64,000 nt of DNA from Pirellulales bacterium. GTDB lineage: Bacteria; Planctomycetota; Planctomycetia; Pirellulales; PALSA-1355. The DNA lies in NCBI GenBank assembly GCA_963733035.1, contig CAVTBU010000006.1:224001-288000 (forward strand), read 5' to 3'. The first letter of the stretch is position 1. Each line of letters begins with the position of its first letter. Below, piece by piece: positions 1-12,312 of the stretch. The notes under the pieces were generated by a model. The model saw only the letters and a list, made by a program, of their open reading frames with translations. It ran no database searches and was not told where the DNA came from. A program made the translations under genes and the position numbers.

Positions 1-219
1 GATCGCCAGGCCGGTCTGCCGCGCCGCAGCAATGCCCGCCGCCATATCGGCTTCGGTGCCCACGCGGCCGGTCAACATGGTTTTGTCGGTTTTCAAGGGA
101 CCGTGGCCCGAGACATAGCACCACTTGCCGGTGATCACTAGCGGCTTATAGACTCCGGCCGGTTTGGGGGCGGGAGGAAGTTCGAGATTTAGTTCGGTAA
201 TGCGCGAGTCGGCGCTCAT
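1..219 (-). CDS. RidA/YjgF family protein (runs off window edge)
   Basis: Manual translation MSADSRITELNLELPPAPKPAGVYKPLVITGKWCYVSGHGP; P-x-x-x-Y and VSG motifs of RidA family. Confidence 0.85.
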   Translation of the reverse strand, partial: MSADSRITELNLELPPAPKPAGVYKPLVITGKWCYVSGHGPLKTDKTMLTGRVGTEADMAAGIAAARQTGLAI

Positions 220-242
220 GTTCGGGAGTCTCCAGTTCAGGG

Positions 243-932
243 TTAATTGCTCTTGGCCGGTGGCTTGACCGTGCGGCCGTGAAGTTCGATGTCGTCGAAA
301 TTACCCAGGTCGTCAAATGCACCAAGGCCAATGCGGCCCCAGACGAACGTCGTGTCGTCGGCCACCATCACCGGTTCGCTCATGTCGTCAAAATACACGT
401 CGATGCGGCCGGTACCCACGTCGCGAGTAATTCGCACGTGGTGCCAGTCGTTGTCCCAGTTTGTGCCGGGCGTGGTTTTGGCCGAAATCTTCACGCGCGG
501 CGCGTCGTTCACGATGAAGATCTGGTTGGCATGGTCGTCCGTCTTCTTGCCAAAGTGCACGTAGTAGAAGTGCGACGGATCCTGATAGCCGAACACCAAT
601 ACCAGGCTGCGATGTCCATAATCGGGCACCGTGCTTTGCAGCCTGGCGTCGAGCACGAAATCGCTGACGACGACGTCCTTCAGCAGCGAGATGTTCACCG
701 GGCTGCGATACGGCGGCTTGTAGTTGCTGTCTTTGACCAGGCTGTAGGCGTGGCCTTCGCGGGTTTCGATCACTTTCCACGAGAGGGGATCGGTCGGCTG
801 CCACCGGTCGGCGCCGTGTTCGAAGTCCTCGTGGAAAACCAGCGGCAACTCGGCCACCGCGGGCGCGCAGACGCCAAGAACAATCACCAGCGCGAGCACA
901 CAAACGACCTGCGCGGATTTGAACGGCTGCAT
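243..932 (-). CDS. Secreted concanavalin-A/DUF1080-like protein
   Basis: Signal peptide; EDFE...W start; WHHVRI and GRIGLGAFDD...FDDI motifs. Confidence 0.6.
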   Translation of the reverse strand: MQPFKSAQVVCVLALVIVLGVCAPAVAELPLVFHEDFEHGADRWQPTDPLSWKVIETREGHAYSLVKDSNYKPPYRSPVNISLLKDVVVSDFVLDARLQSTVPDYGHRSLVLVFGYQDPSHFYYVHFGKKTDDHANQIFIVNDAPRVKISAKTTPGTNWDNDWHHVRITRDVGTGRIDVYFDDMSEPVMVADDTTFVWGRIGLGAFDDLGNFDDIELHGRTVKPPAKSN

Positions 933-944
933 GTGGGGCTCCTC

Positions 945-1820
945 TCAGTCGATAATCTTGTTCAGCGGATACTCGACAATACCCCGCGCCCCGGCGGCCT
1001 TCAAGCGGGGGATGATGTGGCGCACGATCGACTCCTCGAGAATCGTATTCACGTCGACCCACTCCTCGTCGGACAGGCTCGATACGGTCGGTTGTTGCAG
1101 GGCCGGCAGCAGCGACAGCACCTGCTTGAGCTGCTCGCGGGGGACATTCATCATCAGCCCCACCTTGCCTTCGGCCGCCATCGCACCGTTGAGCATCAGC
1201 ACGATGTCATCGATCTTTTGCCGCTTCCAGGCGTCGGCATACGATTGGTGATTCGCAATGAAGCGTGGTGTGCTAGTGAGCACTTCGTCAAGAATCCGCA
1301 AGTTGTTGGCCCGTAACGAGCTGCCGGTTTCGGTCACTTCGACGATCGCGTCGGCCAACTTGGGCGGTTTGACCTCGGTGGCGCCCCAACTGAACTCGAC
1401 CTTGGCCTTGACGCCGTGATTTGCGAGGTAACGCTCGGTCAGTCCGACGGCTTCCGTGGCGATCCGCTTGCCGGCGAGTTCTTGCACCGTCTTGATTGGC
1501 GAGCTTTCCGGCACGCACAGCACCCAGCGGACGGGGCGGCGACTGACCTTGGAGAAAACCAACTCGGCAACTTCGTGCACGTCGGCCCCGTTTTCCACGA
1601 TCCAATCGTGACCGGTCAGGCCGGCGTCGAGCACGCCGTCTTCGACATAGCGGGCCATTTCCTGCGCACGAATGAGCATGCACTCGATGTCGTCGTCGTC
1701 GATCGACGGGAAGTAGCTCCGCGAGCTGAACGTGATCTTGTAGCCGGCGCGGCGAAACAGTTCGGCCGTGGCTTCCTGCAAGCTGCCGGCCGGAATTCCT
1801 AGCTTCAAACAATGCGACAT
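945..1820 (-). CDS. hisG: ATP phosphoribosyltransferase (long form)
   Basis: [39 protein letters not shown]-terminal regulatory domain. Confidence 0.97.
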   Translation of the reverse strand: MSHCLKLGIPAGSLQEATAELFRRAGYKITFSSRSYFPSIDDDDIECMLIRAQEMARYVEDGVLDAGLTGHDWIVENGADVHEVAELVFSKVSRRPVRWVLCVPESSPIKTVQELAGKRIATEAVGLTERYLANHGVKAKVEFSWGATEVKPPKLADAIVEVTETGSSLRANNLRILDEVLTSTPRFIANHQSYADAWKRQKIDDIVLMLNGAMAAEGKVGLMMNVPREQLKQVLSLLPALQQPTVSSLSDEEWVDVNTILEESIVRHIIPRLKAAGARGIVEYPLNKIID

Positions 1821-1877
1821 GATGTCCGAACTTGGGGTTGAGTATGGATGCGGTTGCGAAGGAACGAAGGTCGCCGG

Positions 1878-2273
1878 CTACTTTTTTTTGTAGACTTCTG
1901 CTGGATCGAACACGCGCGTGCCGATGGTTTTCAGGCCTTCCGGCGTTACTTGGCGGAAGAAGCAACTCGAGTAGCCCTCGTGGCAGGCAGCTCCTCCAAT
2001 TTGATGAACTTTGAGCAGGATGGTATCGGCGTCGCAATCGAAGTAGATGCCTTTCACCTCCTGCACGTTGCCGCTTTCCTCGCCTTTGCGCCATAGCTTG
2101 TTGCGGCTGCGGCTAAAGTACACGGCGCGGCCCGTGGCCAGCGTCTCGGCGTAACTCTCGGGGTTCATATAGGCCAGCATCAGGACCTCCCCGGTTGCCT
2201 CATCCTGAGCAATCGCCGGCAACAGGCCGTCGCCCTTGGCAAAATCGGGGGCAGCGGATTCGGAATTCGACAC
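1878..2273 (-). CDS. hisI: Phosphoribosyl-AMP cyclohydrolase
   Basis: [32 protein letters not shown]. Confidence 0.97.
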   Translation of the reverse strand: MSNSESAAPDFAKGDGLLPAIAQDEATGEVLMLAYMNPESYAETLATGRAVYFSRSRNKLWRKGEESGNVQEVKGIYFDCDADTILLKVHQIGGAACHEGYSSCFFRQVTPEGLKTIGTRVFDPAEVYKKK

Positions 2274-2565
2274 GGGATAGGACTCCTCGCGGTTCGGCAG
2301 CCAGCGGTGCCCGCAGGGCGCCGCGGAAAAACGCTCAGTTTACCCGGCGATTGAGGTACATCCAAGGAGGCGACGTGAAGGGTGGTGCAGCGGCAGTGTC
2401 GTCACTTTCCACATTGCAGGCGTGGATGGGACTTGACCGGCGGCTGTTGGGCGCCCCCTCTTGTGGTTACAATCGGGGTCTGGGAGTGCTTCCCGCGCCG
2501 CGATTCGATCTGGCGCGAGCGCGTCCGATCTCTTCCCATGCTCGGCCATTGAGGAGCAACGACGG

Positions 2566-3861
2566 ATGCAAATGGCATTGGTTTCAGTGCGACAAATCGC
2601 ACGCGTCTTGGCTCTGTGTTTGCCGTTGGTTGCGAGCCTGGGCCATCTCCGCGCCGACGACCCGCAGCCGGCTTCCGAGGAATCCAAGTCCGCTTTCGAC
2701 AACGAAAAACTGATCAAAACACTGCAGGATTCCATTGGGTCGACGGTCAACGTCGAGTTGAAGAGCGGGACGTCGTTCGTCAGGGCCACATTGCTGCGCG
2801 TGGCCTTCGACCGCAAAAAGGGTCTGATTCGGAGCGTGGGATTGCGCGATGCCGACACGGGCAAGTCGCAAAATATTGGCTTTGCCGCGATCAACAAGAT
2901 CCGACTCGATCGCGAGACCATCTACACCGCGCCGGTCGGCCAACCGCGCACCGCGGCCGATCGACGCGCCAGCCTGCGAGCCGAGCGAGCCGCCGAAGCG
3001 CGATCCGAATGGGTTGAGCGGGCCAAGAAGAACGGCGTTGAACCGTGGCCGGAACTGACGCAGGAAGAACACGAAGCAGCCATTGAAGAATATCGCAAGC
3101 TGATGGAGGAGGTTTCGAAAGCGATGCCGGGGATGTCCCTCTATGAGACGCACGAGTTTCTGTTCTTCTCGAACATTCCGGCAAACCAGATCGCACCCTA
3201 CACCACTGCGCTCGATGCCATGCACGACATGATGTGTCAGATGTATGGGATTAAACGTGGAGAACCGGTGTGGAAGGGCAAGTGCCTGGTGATGGCATTT
3301 CTCAATCAGGCGGAGTTTTTGCGATTCGAACAAACCTTCCTGCAAAATAACGACGCCCGAGGTGCCTATGGCCTCTGTCATTCGTACAGCGACGGACGCG
3401 TGATCATTTCCTGCTACCGGGGCGATCGGCCCGAGGATTTTGCCAAGATGCTTGTCCACGAGACGAGCCACGGGTTCATTCATCGCTATCGAACGCCCGT
3501 GCATCCTCCGTCGTGGGTGAATGAGGGGATGGCCGATTGGATCGCGGCGAGGCTGATCGCGACGAGTCGCTCAGTGCCGGTGCGCGAATTGCGTGCGCTA
3601 CAAGTCATGCGTCAAACCGGCAGCATGGGGGGCGGGTTCTTCAAGCCTCGAGGCAACATCGAAGCCTGGCAATACGGGATTGCCTCCAGCATGACGGACT
3701 TCCTGATCCGTCAGAACTCGGCTGCCTATACGCGTTTCATCCAGGGCATCAAGGAGGGCCTGACCTGGGAGAAAAGCCTGCAAGAGTACTATCAGGCAAC
3801 ACCGGAGGAGTTGGTCGCGGCTTACGGCCGAGCGATTGGCGTGCCGAATCTACGGCAGTGA
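2566..3861 (+). CDS. Secreted protein with zincin/peptidase MA-like domain
   Basis: GAGGAG before ATG 2566; signal peptide; HETSH and WVNEGMADW motifs. Confidence 0.65.
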   Translation: MQMALVSVRQIARVLALCLPLVASLGHLRADDPQPASEESKSAFDNEKLIKTLQDSIGSTVNVELKSGTSFVRATLLRVAFDRKKGLIRSVGLRDADTGKSQNIGFAAINKIRLDRETIYTAPVGQPRTAADRRASLRAERAAEARSEWVERAKKNGVEPWPELTQEEHEAAIEEYRKLMEEVSKAMPGMSLYETHEFLFFSNIPANQIAPYTTALDAMHDMMCQMYGIKRGEPVWKGKCLVMAFLNQAEFLRFEQTFLQNNDARGAYGLCHSYSDGRVIISCYRGDRPEDFAKMLVHETSHGFIHRYRTPVHPPSWVNEGMADWIAARLIATSRSVPVRELRALQVMRQTGSMGGGFFKPRGNIEAWQYGIASSMTDFLIRQNSAAYTRFIQGIKEGLTWEKSLQEYYQATPEELVAAYGRAIGVPNLRQ

Positions 3862-4010
3862 ACGATCGAGGGCTTCGTTTTTGCCCACCCCATTAGGTGT
3901 TTCAAGGTCGTAGACTTGACCGGCGCGCTTGCGGCTGGGCAGAATTGCATGATTCGAGTGGCGGCTCGGAGTTTCGACTCAGTACTCCCCGGGAGCCGAG
4001 CGGTTCGCAC

Positions 4011-4971
4011 ATGATTGAATACGATCGCAAAGATTGGATCGGCAATTTGTTCTCCTATCGCGGCACCGCGCTGCGAAGGGCCGGCAAACGCGTGCTGGTG
4101 ATGACGATCTATGCGGTCATCGTGCAGGCCGTCTATGAACTTGGCGTCCATTATGAAATCGGCGCTGGCGGAAACGACACGGCTCTGAAAGGCTTCTTTG
4201 GGCTGAACCCCGCACAGCACGCGGTGCTCGGGTCGCTACTCGGCTTTTTGATCGTGTTTCGGATGAACGCCTCCAATAACCGCTATTGGGAAGGGCGTTC
4301 GGCCTGGGGGAGCATCATTAATGCCAGCCGCAACCTGGTCCGCGTTGGTGTGGCCCATACGCACGCTGGTGCCGAACTAGCCGACCTGGTGGCCGGTTAT
4401 GTCATCAGCCTGCGGCGATCGCTCCAGGGCAATATCGACATGGAGGAGACCGACGTCTTCCTGCCGGACGAGTTGCGCGCAGGCCGAGCGTTTCGGCAAT
4501 CCGCCTACCTGCGTGGCGTTTGCCATCTCGGCTTGGATTGAACGGGAGTATCGAGCCGGGCAACTCGAATCGCAGTTGGTCCGGCACATGGAAGATCAGC
4601 TGTCGAAGCTGGTCGACTCGCAAGGTGCCTGCGAAAAGATTCGCAAGACGCCGATGCCGTTTGTCTACGTGGTAATGATCAAGCAGCTGATCCTGGTCTA
4701 TCTGCTCACGTTGCCGTTTGCCGTGGGGAAGGAATGCGGCTGGTGGTCGCCGGTCGTGATGGCGATCGTCGCGCTTGGGCTATTCGGCATGGAAGAAGCC
4801 GGCGTCGAAACCGAAGACCCCTTTGGCACGGACGACAACTGCCTGGACATGGTGACCTATACATTGACCATCGCCCGCGACACGGGGCAAATGGCCGCCG
4901 GAAAGCCGGTGCCGCAGAATCGCGAAGTACTAATCGAATCGATCAGCAACGGCGACAGCGAAACCGGCTAG
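4011..4971 (+). CDS. Bestrophin-family anion channel (frameshift near 4480)
   Basis: FRMNASNNRYWEGRSAWG in frame 1; CEKIRKTPMPFVY and EDPFG in frame 2. Confidence 0.85.
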
Positions 4972-5443
4972 CGTCTCAATCGTGAACGGAACACGCGGAC
5001 TTCCGTCGAATTGGGGTGGCTCCAACACCACGCGCTCGTCAAGGCATCCTGCCGTGGCAACCGCGAAAGCAGCTAACGAACACGTTAGCTATCGGACGCA
5101 AACCACTTGAATGCGCAAATACGAACGGATCGTCTGCGCGCGGTGAAGCGGTGGGATAAAGCGTTACAAATGAGTAAGCCGCGTCTGGGGTACCGCGTTT
5201 GCTTCCCTGCCAGCGCACGAAAGCGATTGCTGTTTTCAGGTGCAATCTGCCTTGACAGGTTGCGGCGCGTGCCTAGTTGCACGGCACTCTACGCTGGCGG
5301 CGTCGCTCTTGTCAGCAAGTTTCGTCCCTGGTAATCAGACTCTCGGCAGAGCCCGGAGACATTTTCGATTTCCACCTGGGAATCAACGGACCTGAGCCTG
5401 ACTCGAACGTGTTGAACGACGTGAATTAAGCGAGACAACGAAT

Positions 5444-8400
5444 ATGATCGCACGGTACCGACCTGATGAATCCAACCAATCCAAACCGGGCGCCAACCAG
5501 CAGTCGGCTCAACTAGAACGCCTTTGCGCGGCGATCAGCAAGGCCGCCGAACTGTTGCCGACGTCCGGGCCGATCACGTCGTTCGCATTCTTAAACACCT
5601 TGCAGGCTCTCGAGAATTTGAGTTTTGAAGAGGGCATTGAGCGCGGAGCGACACTCTTTGGTTGCCAGCCGTGGCTGCCGGAAGAATCCTATCGGTTGTT
5701 CATGGCCAATCGTCGCATCGATGCCGAAGATCTGGCCACCGTGCTCTATGAAAGTCTTCGCGAAGAGGGAGCCGTGCCTGTGGGTGGGCTCTGTTCGCGA
5801 TATGATTTCCGCCTCGCGATGCTTAAGTATTCACTCCCCGCGGGTTCGCCGGAGGAACTGCGCTGGTACCTGGACGATAGCCAGGCACTCACCCGGTTCC
5901 GCCAGGATACTTCCGCAGAGACGAAGCGCCAGTTGCGTGACGAGACACGGCAGTGGTTGATGACCGAAGTGGCAACTGCAACGGAGAAAGTTGACCCGTC
6001 GGCCGACCCCTACGCGATGATGCTGGCCGATCTGGCACGCGAACTCAAGGCATCCGAGCTTGGCTATTGGACCAAGTCGGATGCCGAGTTGGACGCGATC
6101 TGCTTGCAGTCTTTGTGGCGCATCTGTACCGACCAAAGTGAACAGCTCGAACTTTCTCCAGTCCCCAAGCGGGCACCCCTCCGCGTGCGCGATCTGCTGT
6201 TCGACGCAACGGGCGAAGACAGCGATCTGTTGGTCCACGAGACGTTGATTCGTTTTTGTGCGGCGTTCACGGACCAGGGATTGGCCGATTGGCCCTTACC
6301 CGGCAAGGAGGAGGGCTTCTACCAGGCATTCTTGCAGCTCTATCGCGATCAGGCTGGATTACCCAACCATTGGATGCAAAGTCTCGCCGGCGAGATCGAC
6401 AGGTTAACGAGCTGTCAAATCGATCCCCTCGAATCGATACGCGAATCGTTGAGCATGTTGGGCTACTCCGAGGAGGAGTGGCCAGAAGTCATGCAAGCCA
6501 CGCTCTTGGCTTTGCCGGGTTGGGCCGGACTCATCCGGCACATGGAAGTGCGAGCGGACCGCTTTGCATTCCCCGCTCCGTCTGGCACGCTGTTGGGCTA
6601 CTTGGCCATTCGGCTGATTTTGGAGCGACAGGCACTCGCACACCTCAGCCGGAATACGCCGTTTGAAGTGTCGCAGTTAAACCAGCTGCGCGGCAAGCTG
6701 CTGCGGTCTCGGGTCAGCCCTGTGGATTCGCTCGGCTTCGGACGTGCGTTCGCAGTCTTTCAACTGGCGCAACTCTTGCGATGGTCGCCCCCCCGGCTGT
6801 CAAGATTGTCCGCCGATGATTGGAAATCGTTGGTCGAGGAGGTCGAGGCTTTTGGAAACGTCCAGCGCCGCCAACTCTTGCATCGGGCTTACGAACGACA
6901 TTTCGAATGCCAGGTGCTCGACGCGCTGTGGTCTTATGGTCAGCGTGCGACGACGCGATTGGCCGCGCCCGGTTTTCAGGCGGCGTTTTGTATCGACGCG
7001 CGCGAAGAATCGTTTCGGCGGCATATCGAGGAGGTAGGACAAAACGTCGAGACCTTTGGCGTGGCCGGCTTTTTTGGCGTGCCGATGTATTACCGGGGAG
7101 TGGCCGATGCCCATTTCGTGCCCCTGTGCCCCATCGTGATCAAGCCCGGCCATTGGGTTACAGAAGAAGTTGTTTACCCGCTGGGCGACGCGCATCGTCG
7201 TCGGAGTAACGTCCGGCGCCTGCTGGGAACCGCCGCCCACCGATTGCACATGAGTAGCCGCGGAGTTGCCCACGGCGCGGTGGTAACTGCCGGGCTGGGC
7301 GTGCTGGCGTCGGTCCCCTTGATTGCACGCGTGTTGTTTCCGCGAGCGACTGGCCGCGTTCGCAGCGTGGCCGGACGCATTGCACGGGCACCTTCGATGA
7401 CGCGATTGCGATTGCACCGTAGCGAAGCGGAGCCAGGACCCGAAAACGGTCACATCGGTTTTACGACCGACGAAATGGCGAATCTGGCCGAGCGCACTTT
7501 GCGCGAAATCGGTTTGACGTACGGCTTCGCGCGGTTGGTCGTGTTTTTTGGACACGGGTCCACATCGGTCAACAATCCGCACAAGTCGGTCTACGATTGC
7601 GGCGCTTGCACGGGAAATCCTGGCGGGCCGAACGCGCGCGCCTTGGCCGCCATGCTGAACGACGGCCACGTGCGAAACGTTTTGGCCCGACGAGGCGTGG
7701 AAATTCCTCGAGACACTTATTTCCTGGGTGGCATGCACAACACGAGTGACGACTCGGTGGCGTTCTTCGATCTGCAGGCCCTGCCTGCCTCTCACATTGG
7801 TGACTTTGAGGAATTGAAACATGTGCTCGCAGAAGCCTGCAACCGCAACGCGCACGAACGCTGCCGACGTTTCGACTCGGCTCCCTTGAGTCTGTCATTT
7901 TCGGCCGCGAAGCGACACGTTGAAGAGCGGTCGATGGATTTAGTGCAAGCCCGACCAGAATTTGGCAACGCATCCAACGCGATGTGCATCGTGGGCAGGC
8001 GACAACGCTCGCATGGACTTTTTCTCGACCGAAGGTCGTTCCTGATGTCTTATGACCCCGCCCAAGACGATGCCGAGTTCAATATACTAGAGAGAATTCT
8101 GAACGCCGTCGTACCAGTTTGCGAAGGCATCAACATGCAGTATTTTCTGTCCAGCATCGATTCGAGCGGCTGGGGATGCGGTTCAAAATTGCCGCACAAT
8201 ATCACCTCGCTATTGGGCATCATGGACGGGGCAGCCAGCGATTTGCGTTCCGGATTGCCGTGGCAGGGGGTTGAGATTCACGAACCCATGCGGCTGCTTT
8301 TCGTTGTCGAAACCACACCTGAGGCGATGCGTAAAATTATGCAGCGCAATCAGGCGATCGGGCGGATCCTGCGCAACGGATGGGCGCGGTTGGCGGTTCT

Positions 8401-8610
8401 TTCGCCCACGTCGAACAATATCGTTGTGTATACCGATGGAGAATTTCGGGCATACGAACCGTCGGCGGCGCAACTACGGAGGCCGAGTCGTCGACTGGCT
8501 GGTACCAGGGATGGCGTGACAACCTGGACATTGCCGTGATTGAGCGGCCCGCTGATCGGCAGGACGAGGCCAAGGCTTCGGAAGAATCGTCGGTGTCGAC
8601 GCAGTCCTGA
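5444..8610 (+). CDS. DUF2309 / DabA-like probable inorganic-carbon transporter subunit (C-terminal frameshift near 8480)
   Basis: FCIDAREESFRRH, GHGS, DCGAC, HEPMRL motifs. Confidence 0.88.
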
Positions 8611-8725
8611 CGCGCGGTCGAGCGACGCCAACGAGACAGGACGGGAACCATCCCGATTCGGGGCGCGGTTCCCGTCCTGCATTTTTTGCGATTGGCTCGA
8701 AAGCCATCTCAAGGTTACCAGGGGA

Positions 8726-9235
8726 TCATTCCACCGACTTCGTAAGCGATTGTTCCTGCAGGAACGGAAGCAGATCGGTGTGGTGTCCGATCATCTTCCA
8801 CTCGCCGTTCTCTTTGCGAAACACGTTGGTGGCTCGGATCGAAACTGCCTCTGGCTGACCCTGGCCATCCAGATTGTTGCCTTGTTCGTAGCACTGCACC
8901 ACGGCCAGGTCATCTCCAGCCGTGATATGCAGGTCGCGGGGTTCGACCCGACCGCCGAGTTTCAAGGCGGCCTGCGCTTCCCATTGCGCGCCCACTTGTT
9001 CCCAGCCGATCTGGAATCCACCGTCGGGGCCGAGGTAGGTAACGTCATCGGCGTGCGACCAGACCTCTTGCATAGGTGCGACGTCGCCCGTGAACATTGC
9101 GTTGAGACCCGTGTAGAATTTGGCCACCACTTGCTCGACCGCTTCTGTGTTTTCCGCATAGGAGTCGGCTGGCTCGGCATACGCCGCGCCTGCCATAAGA
9201 AATGCCGTCGAGAGAATCAGCGTCTTTGCGTGCAT
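8726..9235 (-). CDS. Secreted SnoaL/NTF2-like protein
   Basis: Signal peptide; RATNVFRKENGEWKMIGHH. Confidence 0.8.
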   Translation of the reverse strand: MHAKTLILSTAFLMAGAAYAEPADSYAENTEAVEQVVAKFYTGLNAMFTGDVAPMQEVWSHADDVTYLGPDGGFQIGWEQVGAQWEAQAALKLGGRVEPRDLHITAGDDLAVVQCYEQGNNLDGQGQPEAVSIRATNVFRKENGEWKMIGHHTDLLPFLQEQSLTKSVE

Positions 9236-9485
9236 AAAACTATCCTTCTTGAGATGTGACGAGAAAAATCGTTGTACCGCCGCACCATCGATGCCAGCGA
9301 GGCGAGCAACGCCGTACGAAGTTCGAGCCGGCATTTGGCCGTCGGCTCCGGCATCGACTTCTTCCATCTGAAGAGTAGCTTGCCGATTCTGAGCGGTCGT
9401 TTCCCTCGATTTTCGCCGTTTCAACGAGACGAAACCGCCGCCAACGGCCTGCGGGCACTAGGCAGACCGGTCGGCCGAGCGGGAC

Positions 9486-10133
9486 TCAATCGGCTTGGTC
9501 TTCGAGGCCGCGCAAACTTGCCAATTCGTTGTCGACGGCTTGCCTGGTCATGGCCTCAAAGGCCGGCAGCGTTCGCAGCGATCGGGCCGTGGGATAGATA
9601 ATTGATCTGGAATGCGGCGTGCCGTCTTTGGCAGGCGGATCGCACTCGAGATAGTCTTCCTCGATCAGTCGGCACAGGGCTGGCATGATTTGTTTGGGTG
9701 TTTTATCCAGATAGGCGGCGATCGCGTCGGCTTTTGGACGATAGTGCCTCTCCTCGCCGTCCAAATACATCACTGCCAGGTCCAGCACGTACGAGACGAT
9801 TTCCCGGCCAAGCCGCGTCAACGCGTGCTGGGCGTGATTGGCCGAGGTTTGCGATTCCTCCTGGTCGGGCTGACATTCCGCACAGGCAGTCAGTCGGCCA
9901 CCGGTCTGCTCCACGGCCCAGTCGGCAAGCTCCGTCGCATCCAGCGAGCACGCCTTGATATGCGCACCGGTAGTCAGGCGAGCGCGTTTGTGGGACTTGA
10001 TAATGGAACACGTCGCCCGGTGCAGAATCAGATGATTCTTCGTCGGCTTGCGTTTGCTGTCGACGACATATCCTTGGCGATGGCGCGACAGCCACGAAAC
10101 GTACGCGGCGTCGTCATTGATGATGATCAGCAT
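9486..10133 (-). CDS. Hypothetical protein
   Basis: 215-aa ORF; HRATC and CAEC motifs; possible C-terminal winged helix. Confidence 0.55.
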   Translation of the reverse strand: MLIIINDDAAYVSWLSRHRQGYVVDSKRKPTKNHLILHRATCSIIKSHKRARLTTGAHIKACSLDATELADWAVEQTGGRLTACAECQPDQEESQTSANHAQHALTRLGREIVSYVLDLAVMYLDGEERHYRPKADAIAAYLDKTPKQIMPALCRLIEEDYLECDPPAKDGTPHSRSIIYPTARSLRTLPAFEAMTRQAVDNELASLRGLEDQAD

Positions 10134-10459
10134 CGCAGTCGCGGGTCACGTGAATTCTGTTGGTTTTTGGGGCAGCCTCATTGTCTTATCTTATGCTAAA
10201 CGGGTTGGACTATGAGTAACATTTCAGAGCTCATTTGTGCGACAGATTCCAGAAATCTAGGTAGCGGCGCTCGCGGCTCTGTACCACGTGACCGAATGTC
10301 AACCGAAGCCGCACGTTTGTTTCGATCGGCGAACAAGTGGGATACAATCGGAGGCGCGCGGCTGTGGGTGACGTGCGATTTGGACCCCCGCTTCGTGTCG
10401 TATTATAGCGCGATGAGCCGACAACAATATCCTTGCCGTCGTTTTTGCGGAGCCCGGTC

Positions 10460-11883
10460 GTGGACAATTATTCGGACTATGATGGCCTGGGTTTGGCCGA
10501 ACTTGTCGCAAAAAAGCAAGTGTCGCCGACCGAGCTGGTCGAGGCCGCAATCGCTTGCATCGAACGGCACAACCCGATCTTGAACGCGGTTGTCTACCAG
10601 GGCTTTGATGACGCTCGCGCTCGCGCCAAAAGTGAACTACCGGACGGCCCGTTCAAGGGCGTGCCGTTCTTGATCAAGGACCTGGCCATGCCAGTCGCTG
10701 GCTGGCCGCGCACGTCAGGAAGCCGGTTCGCTGCCAGAATTGTGGACAACGAGGACGGCGGACTCACCGCGCGCTACCGCGCCGCCGGCGTCATCCCGAT
10801 TGGTAAGACCAATACACCGGAATTTGGCATCACGGGCACCACCGAGAGTGCTTATCTTGGACCATGTCGCAACCCCTGGAACTCGCGACATATTGCTGGC
10901 GGCTCGTCTGGCGGATCGGCTGCGGCGGTTGCAGCGGGCATGGTGCCCATGGCGCACGCGTCGGATGGACTGGGCTCAATCCGAATTCCAGCGGCGTGCT
11001 GCGGCCTCGTGGGCCTGAAGGTCACCCGCGACCGCAACCCGAATCTTCCCGATGGCTACGACTATGTGGTCGGGCAGGTGGTCGATCATGTGGTGACCCG
11101 GACCGTACGCGACTCGGCCGCCATGCTGGACGCCACCGGCTATCCCGAACCCGGCTCTCCATACGCGAACCCACCAAAGTCGGGACCGTATCTACGGGAG
11201 GTCGGCCGCAGTCCTGGCCGGTTGCGGATCGCCTGGTCTGCTAAGACTCCCAGCGGCCGCCCGATCAGCGATGAGGTGCAAGCGGCGCTGTGCGCACCGC
11301 TGAGCTCTTGAAACATCTCGGCCACGACGTGATCGAGCGTGGCCTCGGCATCGACTACCGAGCACTCTATGCCGCGCGCGCTCCGGTCGGCGCGGCCAAC
11401 TTTGCCGCCGGCATGGCTCGTCTTATCGAACAGATCGGTCGCGAACCCGAGCCCGACGACCTTGAGCCACTCACCTGGCAGGTACTAGAGGCCGGACGCA
11501 ATGTGACCGGCGTCGAAGCTCTTCGTGCCATGCATGAAATACGAATGCTCAATCGCAAGACGCTGTTGGCGTTCGAGGACATTGACGTTTATTTATCGCC
11601 TGTGATGGGAGAGCCGCCGCCGGAGATCGGCCACATCGATCCGGTTAACTTGGAGCCGCGCGAACTGTACCGTCGCCAGAACCGCGTTTTCCCATTTACC
11701 CCGACGTTCAATTTCTCCGGCCAGCCTTCGCTGTCGTTGCCGCTGCAGATGTCGGCCAGCAATTTGCCCATCGGAATGATGTTTACCGCCAAATATGCCG
11801 ACGAAGCCACCCTATTCCGGCTGGCCAGCCAGTTGGAAAAGGAAGCACCGTGGGCGGCCCGCCGTCCGCCCATTTGGGGCTAG
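10460..11883 (+). CDS. Amidase signature family protein (frameshift near 11295)
   Basis: GKTNTPEFG, GGSSGGSAAAVAAG, DGLGSIRIPA. Confidence 0.9.
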
Positions 11884-12312
11884 CTGAGGCTCGGCAAGCG
11901 CACTCGGGTGGGCGGAAGGGACCAGCACGCCTAACTCGCGACCAATGCAAAAGCCCGGGTTTGCCGAGTCCTGCGACTGCTCGCGACAAGTATGGGACAC
12001 ATTCCACGGGGAGCCGAACAACGAGCAATCTCGCGAGGCACCGATAGCGTTCTGGGCAGTTTTTGCAAGCGCCTTCGCTCCCGCGGCCGTCGCTTAATCC
12101 GGTGTCGCGGCCAGGAGTTTGACCTTCTAACTTAGCAGGGTCGCGTGCAAATCCGCCACACAACGAGGACCCTCATCCACAAGGCCCCTTGCTGGCAGGT
12201 CTTGAGTACCGACACGCATGACTGGTTCCATGTCTGTGGCCCGGGAAATCCAGTTTCGACCGAGATTTTTTTGAACCAACGTCGCTCGGCGCAACCTTAG
12301 AATACCAGTACG

